DNA from: Terriglobia bacterium
GTDB lineage: Bacteria; Acidobacteriota; Terriglobia; 2-12-FULL-54-10
Direction of reading: 5' to 3'
DNA length: 64,000 nucleotides
NCBI GenBank assembly: GCA_963666975.2
Contig: CAXVYR010000002.1
Coordinates: 378,244 to 442,243 of the forward strand
Made by a program: the position numbers and the translations under genes. Below the pieces are notes generated by a model. The model did not search any database, was not told the origin of the DNA, and saw only the letters and a list, made by a program, of their open reading frames with translations. Numbering within the stretch: the stretch's first letter is position 1; each line of letters opens with the position of its first letter. Below, piece by piece: positions 29,224 to 38,700 of the stretch.

Positions 29224-29453
29224 GGGGCCAGCGAAGCGGACCCGGACACGGGTTTCATGGCGCGGCTGCTGCTGGCCTGGATGTCGACCGAAGCGGTCAA
29301 GACTCAGTCTCCAGTGTTGGTTTTAGGGGACCCCTTGGCCGAGTTCATGCGCCAGCGGGATATGCAGGACGAAGCGATAGCCCTCGTGGTGATCGAGCGC
29401 GGCTCCGCAATCAGATGGATCGGCTCTTTAGCGCTATGCTTCAGTTCATCTAG
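29224..29453 (+). pseudogene. Internally deleted plasmid RepA (RepA_C, IncW/pBBR1-like) remnant
   Basis: ASEADPDTGFMARL is fused directly to LLAWMSTEAVKTQSPVLVLG..LAEFMR, then RLRNQMDRLF follows in another frame. These motifs are characteristic of the family. Confidence 0.7.
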
Positions 29454-29531
29454 GAGGACCGAGGGCCGGACAACCCGACACGGGTCAGGGACACCTTCCT
29501 CGAACCGAGGAACAGGTCCGCCACTAGTCGA

Positions 29532-32500
29532 TCACTGCGTGGCATCATCCAGTTCCCCCGGAGGCAAGGAGGAGAATACGGGCGCGGCTTCGAAGTTCAG
29601 TGACAAACTGACGATGGGCACCGTGGAGGTGACTTCGAGCGATCCGCTAAAGCTGCTGAGACCAAACAGGGGCGCCATGTTCTGCGCATCATGCCCGTTG
29701 GGCAACAGGGTCTCATCGACGCTGGCCAGCATCCGCCCATCCGCGTCCCTGGCGGTGAAGGTAATGAGGGCCGCTGTGTCGGAAGGGTTGGCATAGGCAA
29801 CTCCTGTCCCAAACTGACCTTCTCCCTGCTCGGCAAAGGTGACAAAGCGGGTGGCCGGAACTGTCGCCGCATTGACTCCGGCTTCTCCCGTGGGTATCCC
29901 TTCGCTGTTACGCCGACGATACAGAAGGCTGGCCTGCACCGGCCCGGAGCAGGTAACCCGCGCCCAGCCGGGCACCAGAGGGCCGCTCAGCTCCACGTTG
30001 GTCTCCTGGTGAACGGACCCTCCGGGCGGTAGAACGTCGTTCCGGCTGATCACCGTTCCCCGTCCCGCAAACGAGACCATCAACGGACTGCCGTGATCGG
30101 AAAGGAAATCGGTCTGGCAGCTCACCTCCCGCTGCGAGTAGTTGATATAGGTAATCGTGGTTTGCCAACCCGCTCCCACGGCAAGATGAGTGAAGTAATA
30201 GGTAGTCGATCCCTGCGCGGCGGCATCCGGTTCCCCCGGAGGCAAGGAGGAGAATACGGAAGCGGCTTCGAAGTTCAGCGACAGACTGACGATGGGCTCC
30301 GTGGAGGTGATTTCGAGCGATCCGGTAAAGCTGCTGAGATCGAACAGGGGCGGCATATTTTGCGCACCATGCCAGTTGGGCGGCAACATCAGATCTTCGA
30401 TAGCCAGCACCTCCCCATCCGCGTCCCGGACAGTAAAGGTAACCAGAGCCGCTGTGTCGGAAGGGTTGGCATAGGCCACTCCGGTCCCATTCTTGCCTTC
30501 TCCCTGCTCGGCAAAGGTGACAAAGCGGGTGGCCGGAACTGTCGCCGCATTGACTCCGGCTTCCGCCACGGGCATCCCTTCGCTGCTATACCAACGAAAC
30601 AGAAGGCTGGCCTGCACCGGCCCCGTGCAGGTGGCCCGCGCCCAGCCGGGCGCCAGAGGAGCGCTCAGGTCCACGTCGGTCTCCTGGTGAACGGATCCCC
30701 CCGGCGGCAGAACGTCGGTCCGGCGGTCAACCGTTCCCAGTTCGGCAAACGAGACCATCAGGGGACTTCCGTGATCGGAGATGAAATCGGTTTGACAGGT
30801 CACCTCCTCCCGGGAGTAGTTGATATAGGTAATCGTGGTTTGCCAACTCGCTCCCACGGCAAGATGCGGGAAGTAATAGATCCGGTCTTCCGGCGGCGGG
30901 GGGCTGGTACCCTGCTCCACGGTGATCGTCACCGTATCTGAATCGAATCGACCGCTCGGATCTGTGACCAGCAGCCTGAAGCTCAGCACTGCATCCGCCG
31001 TCAGCCCCCGCGGGGCCGTGAAGGTGGGATTGACCACGTTTCGGGACGACAGCACCACGCTCTGGCCACTGAGTTGATTCCAGCGATATCGTAGCGGATC
31101 GTCGTCCGGGTCGCTGCTGCCGCTGCCGTCCAGCGTCACCAGTGCGCCTTCCCTGACGCCGGTCTGGTCCGGGCCGGCATCCGCCGTCGGGAAATTGCTC
31201 GCCGGCGGAGGAGGAGGTGGTGGAGGGGGCGGTGGCGGGGGGAGGGTGCCGCAGACGGCCCCCTGGAAATTGATCGTCGCCAGCCACGTGTGAAATGCGG
31301 TATCCACCGGCGCACACAACGTGGTCTCCCGTATATCCAACGCCGAGAGTTGTGACAGCGCCGACAGGGTTAGCGGAAGAGGTCCGCTCAACGTATTGCC
31401 GTTGAGATACAGCCCCGTAAGGCGGGTCAAGACTCCCAGTTCGGCACCGATCGTTCCGGTCAATCCATTGGCGGAAAGAGACAGGATCGTGACTCGGCCG
31501 TTCGCATCCGTGGTGACTCCGTACCATTCCGAGAGCGGCTCGCCGCTCAGCCAGTTCATGTTATTCGTCCAGTCCGCGCCGCCGGTCTCGTTGTAGAGTA
31601 CCCGCAGCACCGCCCGGTCCTGGGCCGGAGCCACCCCGGGCGGGATCGGACCGCTCAATTCATTACTCCAGAGTGACAACTCCAGAAGCTCTGGCAGGTT
31701 CCCCAACCAAGATGGGATCGACCCGGTCAATTCATTGTTGTGGAGAAACAGGTACCGGAGGTTGGCTAGGCGTCCCAGCTCCGCCGGGATCGCCCCGCTC
31801 AACTTATTCTCGTGGAGATACAGGAGCTGGAGGTTGGCCAGGTCCCCCAGCGCCGCCGGGATCTCCCCGCTCAACTCATTGCCCCAGAGATACAGGATCT
31901 GGAGGCTGCTCAGATCCCCCAGCTCCGCCGGGATCTCCCCGCTCAACTTATTCTCGTGGAGATACAGCTGCTCGAGGTTGGTCAGCTTGCCCAGCGCGAC
32001 CGGGATCGCCCCGCTCAACTCGTTCCCGCCGAGAGACAGCCTCTGGAGGCTGGCCAAGTTCCCCAGCGCCGCCGGGATCGCCCCGCTCAACTCATTGCCC
32101 CAGAGATACAGGATCTGGAGGCTGCTCAGATCCCCCAGCTCGACCGGGATCGCCCCGCTCAACTCATTCTGGGAGATATACAGCTGCTGGAGGCTGGCCA
32201 GATCCCCCAGCTCCGCCGGGATCTCCCCGCTCAACATATTCTGGGAGAGAGACAGCTGCTCGAGGTTGGTCAGCTTGCCCAGCTCGACCGGGATCGCCCC
32301 GCTCAACATATTCTGGGAGAGATACAGCTGCCGGAGGTTGGTCAGATCCCCCAGCGCCGCCGGGATCGCCCCGCTCAACTCATTGCCCCAGAGATACAGG
32401 ATCTGGAGGCTGCTCAGATCCCCCAGCTCCGCCGGGATCGCCCCGCTCAACATATTCTGGGAGAGAGACAGCTGCTCGAGGTTGGTCAGCTTGCCCAGCG

Positions 32501-34223
32501 CGACCGGGATCGCCCCGCTCAACATATTCTGGTGGAGATACAGGATCTGGAGGTTGGTCAGATCCCCCAGCTCGACCGGGAGCTCCCCGTTCAACTCATT
32601 CTGGGCGAGATACACGTGCGTGACTCGACCATCGACGTCGGTCGTCACCCCGTACCATTCCGAGAGGGCCGCGGTGGTTAACCAGTTGGTGTTGATCGTC
32701 CAGTTCGGGCCGCTGGTCGCGTTGTAGAGTGCCACCAGCGCCGCACGGTCCGTCGCCTCGCCGTTGACCTTGTGGCCGGGCTGGGTGCCCTCCTCCGCGT
32801 GGGTGAGCACGGCGTCGAGCCCGCCCCCCGTGCCCCGGATCGCGTCCCCCGTGTCGAGCTTGATCGTGCGGTCGTGATTCCCGATCCAGATGCCGTCGGT
32901 GTCCATGTCGCCTGCCACGACCGTGTAGCTGAACACCAGCGTCGTCATGCCCGAGCCGCTCGACAGCGCGGCGCTCCGCAGAGCCGGCGGGGGCGTGCCG
33001 ACCGAGCAGGACACCGTGGCAGTCGAGCCCAGGCAGAACTCGAACTCCGGCGTGCCCGTGACCGTCACGTCCTGGTCGAAGGTCACCGTGAACTCGATCA
33101 TCTCGCCGGTCCCGTAGGTGTCGGCCGAGGCCGGCGACGAGGTGACGTCCACATTGCTCACCGTCGGGGCCGTCGTTGCGGTGGACATGCGCACGGTGTA
33201 GGTGCTGCCGACGGTGAACGTCGGGATGTTGCTGAACCAGCTGTAGGTCATGCCGCTTAGGCTGGAGAGGGACTCCTCCGTCGCGCTGGAGAGGGGGTAG
33301 GCCGTGCCGCCGAGCCACAGGGTGAGGTCATTGCGGGCGGCGGCGGTGAGAGTCCTGTTGAGGTTGATCCGGAAAACGGTGATAGAGCGGTGAAGGGCGC
33401 CGATGGTGTAGTCGGTTCCCTCGTAGGTGAAGTCGGTGTCGCTCAGCGAGCCGTACCCGCTGGCGAACCCAGTGAAGGCGACACTGGCGACACCCGCGGT
33501 GAGGGTGGCGCCCCAGAGGGGCAGGCGGCCGCGGATCTCGGCGCGGATGTGCCGGTGGGTGTCGCCGCTGCCGATGCTGGCGCTGCTCCAGCCTGCAGCG
33601 GTCAGGCTGCGGGAGGAGCGGCCGTGGAAACTCCAGCCGGACCGGGAGCCGCTGCCGGCGTGGCTGGCTACGGGGTCGTTTCTGCGGAGGGTGATATTCT
33701 TGATGTCGTTGGAGGTGACGACGATCCAGTAGCTGCCGAAGGGGCCAACGAAGAGGTTGGGGGGGGCGGTGAAGGTCTGCAGGCCGGTGCCGAGGGTGCC
33801 GGGCGAGATGAAGGTGGCGACGACGTTGCCGGGGGAGGCGCTGTCGCTGTCCCCGGTGGAGAAGTGCAGCCGGACGGTGGCCTGGGCGCCAGCATCAAGA
33901 CTGCGGATGTCGAGCCGGACCTCCTCGAGGATGTAGCCGCCGTGCTGCCTGCCGACTACAAAGCGGATGGCTTGCTCGAAGCGGTTGGCGCCCCCGGCGG
34001 TCCAGGCGGAGGTGAGGACTGGGCTGTCGGTATTGGTGAGGTGGGTGCCGGTCTGGGCCTGCGCGGGCACGGCCAGGGCCAGCAGCGCGGCAGCGGCCAG
34101 CAGGGCCAGGCAGGCCCGCGGGCCGGGGCCGGGCGTTCGCTTCCCGGCCTCGCAACGGCGCCGGGCTCCCGGAAGAGCCCCTGCCCCGGCGGCGAGGCCG
34201 TCCGGTTCTGAAGAACAATCCAT
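29532..34223 (-). CDS. Secreted leucine-rich-repeat surface protein with Ig-like, PKD and two C-terminal ~225-aa repeat domains
   Basis: GGAG RBS before MDCSSE and signal peptide LLALAVPAQAQ. DRAALVALYNAT..PNW LRR N-caps, ~14 plant-type 24-aa LRRs, poly-Pro, ADAGPDQ PKD and YYFPHLAVG repeats follow. Confidence 0.88.
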   Translation of the reverse strand: MDCSSEPDGLAAGAGALPGARRRCEAGKRTPGPGPRACLALLAAAALLALAVPAQAQTGTHLTNTDSPVLTSAWTAGGANRFEQAIRFVVGRQHGGYILEEVRLDIRSLDAGAQATVRLHFSTGDSDSASPGNVVATFISPGTLGTGLQTFTAPPNLFVGPFGSYWIVVTSNDIKNITLRRNDPVASHAGSGSRSGWSFHGRSSRSLTAAGWSSASIGSGDTHRHIRAEIRGRLPLWGATLTAGVASVAFTGFASGYGSLSDTDFTYEGTDYTIGALHRSITVFRINLNRTLTAAARNDLTLWLGGTAYPLSSATEESLSSLSGMTYSWFSNIPTFTVGSTYTVRMSTATTAPTVSNVDVTSSPASADTYGTGEMIEFTVTFDQDVTVTGTPEFEFCLGSTATVSCSVGTPPPALRSAALSSGSGMTTLVFSYTVVAGDMDTDGIWIGNHDRTIKLDTGDAIRGTGGGLDAVLTHAEEGTQPGHKVNGEATDRAALVALYNATSGPNWTINTNWLTTAALSEWYGVTTDVDGRVTHVYLAQNELNGELPVELGDLTNLQILYLHQNMLSGAIPVALGKLTNLEQLSLSQNMLSGAIPAELGDLSSLQILYLWGNELSGAIPAALGDLTNLRQLYLSQNMLSGAIPVELGKLTNLEQLSLSQNMLSGEIPAELGDLASLQQLYISQNELSGAIPVELGDLSSLQILYLWGNELSGAIPAALGNLASLQRLSLGGNELSGAIPVALGKLTNLEQLYLHENKLSGEIPAELGDLSSLQILYLWGNELSGEIPAALGDLANLQLLYLHENKLSGAIPAELGRLANLRYLFLHNNELTGSIPSWLGNLPELLELSLWSNELSGPIPPGVAPAQDRAVLRVLYNETGGADWTNNMNWLSGEPLSEWYGVTTDANGRVTILSLSANGLTGTIGAELGVLTRLTGLYLNGNTLSGPLPLTLSALSQLSALDIRETTLCAPVDTAFHTWLATINFQGAVCGTLPPPPPPPPPPPPPASNFPTADAGPDQTGVREGALVTLDGSGSSDPDDDPLRYRWNQLSGQSVVLSSRNVVNPTFTAPRGLTADAVLSFRLLVTDPSGRFDSDTVTITVEQGTSPPPPEDRIYYFPHLAVGASWQTTITYINYSREEVTCQTDFISDHGSPLMVSFAELGTVDRRTDVLPPGGSVHQETDVDLSAPLAPGWARATCTGPVQASLLFRWYSSEGMPVAEAGVNAATVPATRFVTFAEQGEGKNGTGVAYANPSDTAALVTFTVRDADGEVLAIEDLMLPPNWHGAQNMPPLFDLSSFTGSLEITSTEPIVSLSLNFEAASVFSSLPPGEPDAAAQGSTTYYFTHLAVGAGWQTTITYINYSQREVSCQTDFLSDHGSPLMVSFAGRGTVISRNDVLPPGGSVHQETNVELSGPLVPGWARVTCSGPVQASLLYRRRNSEGIPTGEAGVNAATVPATRFVTFAEQGEGQFGTGVAYANPSDTAALITFTARDADGRMLASVDETLLPNGHDAQNMAPLFGLSSFSGSLEVTSTVPIVSLSLNFEAAPVFSSLPPGELDDATQ
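31650..32625 (-). repeat. 72-bp tandem LRR-coding array (~14 units)
   Basis: Consensus LxxLYLxxNxLSGAIPxELGxLxx; near-identical DNA blocks such as cgggatcgccccgctcaac recur every 72 bp. Confidence 0.93.
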
Positions 34224-34640
34224 ACTCCGTGCTGTTCTGACCGGGACGCGGCGCTGGCGGCGCGGTCCTTCCTGGCCCCGGCCCGGCCTGCGGCCGTCGT
34301 GCGGCGCCGCGTCCGCCCGGCAGGTCCGCGGTTGCTGCTTCGCGGCGATGTCGCCAGGGGCCGACGAACGATCCGTGGCTGTCTCCAAATCCCCTGACCT
34401 CCCAGCGGCCGTGTGCCCTGCGCACGCCGCGCCGGCCGGCGCGGTCCGCGCCGCCCTCCACGCGGATGACCGCACACGCACACACCACCCCGCACGATTG
34501 TAGGAAATGTTGTGTTACAATGCTGTCCATAGAAGTAGTTTCTTCGCTCATATAACGCTCATTCGTCGCTATTTAGACGAGATCAGCCAGATATCTGACC
34601 GCATCGGCCCGGCCCAGGCGGCGGGGGCAGGGAGGAACGC

Positions 34641-35307
34641 ATGACCGAGCGCGCGCCAACGGCGGCCGAACACGAAGCGCTGCGCGCGCGCCTCGCCGCG
34701 CTGAGCGCGGCGAGCCTGCGCATCAGCGCCAGCCTCGAGCTCGAGACCGTGCTCACCGAAGTGGTGGAGAGCGCCCGGACGCTCACCGGCGCGCGCTTCG
34801 GCGCCATCGCCACCATCGACGAGACGGGGACGCCCCGGGACTTCGTCACCTCGGGCTTCACCGAGGAGGAGCACCGGCGGCTGGCGGAGTGGGCCGACGG
34901 GCCGCGGCTCTTCGAGCACTTCCGTGACCTGGAGGGACCGCTTCGGATCGCCGACGTCCCGGCCTATGTGCGCGCGCTCGGCTTCCCCACGGACCGGCTG
35001 CCGTCGAAGACCTTCCAGGGCACGCCGATGCGCCATCGCGGCGTCCATGTCGGCAACTTCTATCTGGTCGAGAAGGCGGGCGGGGCGGCGTTCACCGACG
35101 AGGACGAGCAGATCCTGGTGCTGTTCGCCGCGCAGGCCGCGACCGCGATCGCCAACGCGCGGACCTACCGCGCCGAGCGGCGCGCGCGCGCCGACCTCGA
35201 GGCGCTGATCGAGACCTCGCCGGTCGGCGTCGTCGTGTTCGACGGCGGGACCGGCCAGCTGGTCTCGCTCAACCGCGAGGCCACCCGCCTCGTCCAGAGC
35301 CTGTGCG
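34641..35307 (+). pseudogene. Truncated GAF-PAS sensor kinase, paralog of the kinase starting at 51364
   Basis: Near-identical N-terminal ~222 aa (ALSAASLRISASL...IETSPVGVVVFD...SLC), then fusion to antisense VirB8 DNA. No HisKA or HATPase domain. Confidence 0.88.
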
Positions 35308-35444
35308 ACCGTGGCCCGCCGCCGCGAGTAGAAGTCGTAGATGAAGCGGTTGAGGAAATATTTGGTGGTGGGGTCCAGCGGGTCGGCCTGGGCTTCCATC
35401 GCTTCGTAGGCGACGGCCTCGGCGCGCCCGACTTCATCAACCCT
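35298..35444 (-). pseudogene. Fragment of a second, diverged virB8
   Basis: RVDEVGRAEAVAYEAMEAQADPLDPTTKYFLNRFIYDFYSRRRATVAQA versus RVDEVGRAEALAYETVEAQSDPLDPTTKYFLNRFIDDYYSRRRATVEQA at 18.2 kb. Confidence 0.9.
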
Positions 35445-35710
35445 CAAAACGTAGGTCGCGGCGGTTGCAGTCGCTGAAGCTGTTCGGCGGTGACCTCCAC
35501 CACCAGGTAGCCATTCTCGTACTTGGATTCGATCGGCTCCAAACTCGCGGCAATGAGTCGGCCGGTCGGCAGATCGTCGAAGAAGACACGGACGATCGTC
35601 TCCTCGCCGGAGAGCTGCGCCCGTAGCACAGGGCGAGGCTTGCAAGAGGGGTGAAGCGCCCCTGATAGCGCCGATGATGCTTGCACCGGAGCTTGGCTTG
35701 AACAGGTCGA

Positions 35711-38700
35711 TCACTGCGCGGCAGCTTCCAGTTCTCCCGGAGGCAAAGAGGAGAAGACGGGGGCGGCTTCGAAATTGAGCGACAGACTGACGATGGGCTC
35801 TGTGGATGTGATTTCGATCGATCCAGTAAAACTGGGGAGACCAAACAGGGGCGCCATGTTTTGCGCATCATGCCCTCCGGGCAACAGGGTCCGAACGACG
35901 CTGGCCAGCGTCTCCCCATCCTCGTCCTTGGCAGTAAAGGTGAGCATGGCCGCTGTGGCGGTTGGGTTGGCATAGGCAACTCCGGTCCCAAACTGACCTT
36001 CTCCCTGTTCGGCAAAGGTGACAAAGCGGGTGGCCGGAACGGTTGCCGCATTGACTCCGGCTTCCGCCACGGGCAACCCTTCGCTGTTGTGCTGACGAAA
36101 CAGAAGGCTGGCCTTCACCGGCCCGGAGCAGGTAGCCCGCGCCCAGCCGGGCGCAAGCGGTGCGCTCAGATCGACGTTGGTCTCCTGATGAACAGACCCC
36201 CCGGGCGGTAGAACGTCGGGTCGGTTGATAACCGTTCCTCGATCCGTAAACGAGACCATCAACGGACTGCCCTGATCGGAAAGGAACTCGGTTTGGCAGC
36301 TCACCTCCTGCGGGGAGTAGTTGATATAGGTGATCGTGGTTTGCCAACCCGCTCCCACGGCAAGATGGGGGAAATAATAGGTAGTCGATCCCTGCGCTGC
36401 GGCATCCAGTTCACCCGGAGGCAAGGAGGAGAATACGGGTGCGGCTTCGAAGTTGAGCGACAGACTGACGATGGGTGCCGTGGAGGTGACCTCGATCGAT
36501 CCGGTAAAGCTGGGAAGACCGAACAGGGGCGCCATATTCAGCGCACCATGCCCGTTGGGCGACAACATCAGATCGTCGCTGGCCAGCACCTCCCCATCCG
36601 CGTCCCTGGCAGTAAAGGTGACCAGGGCCGTCGTGGCGGAAGGATTGGCATAGGCCACTCCGGTCCCATCCTTGCCTTCCCCCTGTTCGGCAAAGGTGAC
36701 GAAGCGGGTGGCCGGAACTGTTGCCGCATTGACTCCGGCTTCCGCCACGGGCATCCCTTCGCTGTTATACCCACGAAACAGAAGGCTGGCCTTCACCGGT
36801 CCGGAGCAGGTGGCCCGCGCCCAGCCGGGCGCAAGCGGAGCGCTCAGCCCCACGTTGGTCTCCTGGTGAACGGACCCCCCTGGCGGCAGAGTGTCGGTCC
36901 GGCTGACCACCGTTCCTTGATCCGCAAACGAGACCATCAGGGGAGTTCCCTGATCGGAAAGGAAATCGGTCTGGCAGCTCACCTCCTGCGGGGAGTAGTT
37001 GATATAGGTGATCGTGGTTTGCCAACCCGCTCCCACGGCAAGATGGGGGAAATAATAGATCTGATCTCCCGGAGGGCTGGTCCCCTGCTCCACCGTGATC
37101 GTCACCGTGTCTGAAGCGAACAGACCTTCCGGATCAGTGACCAGCAACCTGAAGCTCAGCACCGCATCGGCCGTCAGCCCCTGCGGGGCCGTGAAGGTGG
37201 GATTGACCACGTTCTGGGACGACAGCACCACAGGCTCGCCACTAAGTTGATTCCAGCGATATCGTAGCGGATCGTCGTCCGGATCGCTGCTGCCGCTGCC
37301 GTCCAGCGACACCAGCGCGCCTTCCCTCACGCCGGTCTGGTCCGGACCCGCATCCGCCATCGGCCGATTGTTCGCCGGCGGACGTGGCGGCGGTGGTGGC
37401 GGCGGCGGAGGAGGTGGGGGTGGAGGGGCGACGATATCGGGCGTTGCACTCATCGTCTCCGTTTCGCCCTTGCCCAACGCATTGACCGCCCGCACCTCGA
37501 AGACGTATTCCCTGCCGTTAATCAGCCCTCCCACCGTCACCCTGCGCGTTCCCGCTCTCACGTTCTCCCATGCGCTGAAATCCTCACCGGCGGCTGCAAA
37601 TCGGTATTCGTAGCGGATGATCGCCGAGCCCCCGTCTTCCGTCGGCCGGTTCCAGTTCAGCCGCACCCCTGCGTTACCCGCGCTGGCCGTCAGACCCAGA
37701 GACGAGATCGGCACCGTCACTCCCGGTGGCGCCACCCGAACCTCAAGCGTCCCTTCCTCGTTCGGTTTGTTCTCCACCGACGACCTCACTGCGCCTCCGC
37801 TCATCGTCAGCTTCAGCGTGTAGTTGTGTGCCACCCGATCGGTCCGCGGCGTCACCGTAGTGGTGAACACCCGGTCGTCGACCGTATCCAGTCGACCGAT
37901 CCCCGGGTCGCAGAACACCGGGTTGTTCTGATCGTCGCTGCAGGCAGGATTCTGGCCGCTCTCGATGGCGGCCTGGGTGAAGCCTCTCACCGTCTCGGAA
38001 AAGCTGAACCTCACCGTAAAGGGGCCCTCCACTGGCGGCTCGGTCCCGCTCGTTATCTCGACCGTCAGCGGCGTGACGGTCATCCCCTCCCCCGACTCCG
38101 ACCAGTCGCTTGTCCCCTCGTCGTTGGTGGCCCGCACCTGGACCTCATAGACAGTTCCCGGTTTGAGGTCCTCGATCATTACCGTGAGCCCCGGCCCCTC
38201 GTGCCCCCCGTCGGTGAAGCGCCCCGTGCCCTTCTCCCGGTACCGCACGTCGTAGTCGGTGATCGCCGGTCCCGTGTTGTCCGGTTCTCTCCAGTTGACC
38301 GTCATACTCTCGGCCGTCTCCCCCGAGAAGGTCGGCGCCTCCGGGATACCAGGCGGTTCCCGTTCGTCCGTCACTCTGACCGTGAACGTCTGCTCGGCCT
38401 CCAGTTCCCTCGCCCCCGCACCGCTCCTCACTTCCACCGTCACCTCATACTCGTTGTCTCCGGGGGCCTCGAAGTCCGGCGCTGTCCGGAATCTCAACTC
38501 TCCAGTGTCGGGGGCAACAGAGAACTGAAACCTGTCGGCCCCGCCCACAATCTCCCAGCCCGTCACCTCGTCCCCCGGGTCGATGTCCCTGGCCTCCAGC
38601 CTCCTCACCAGCGCCTGGTTCTCCGGAACATCGAACGAACTCGGACTCGTGATCTCCGGAGCCGTGTTGGGCGCTCCCGTGGTATTGGTCACCGACTGGC

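Noticed and set aside
31650-32625. 72-bp periodic repeats as a CRISPR array
   Set aside because: The units are in-frame LRR codons with no constant repeat and unique spacer structure, and there are no cas genes in the window.
29532-37430. Repeated C-terminal domains as a DGR template/variable pair or shufflon
   Set aside because: No reverse transcriptase or dedicated invertase is present, differences do not look adenine-specific, and all copies are co-oriented coding sequence.
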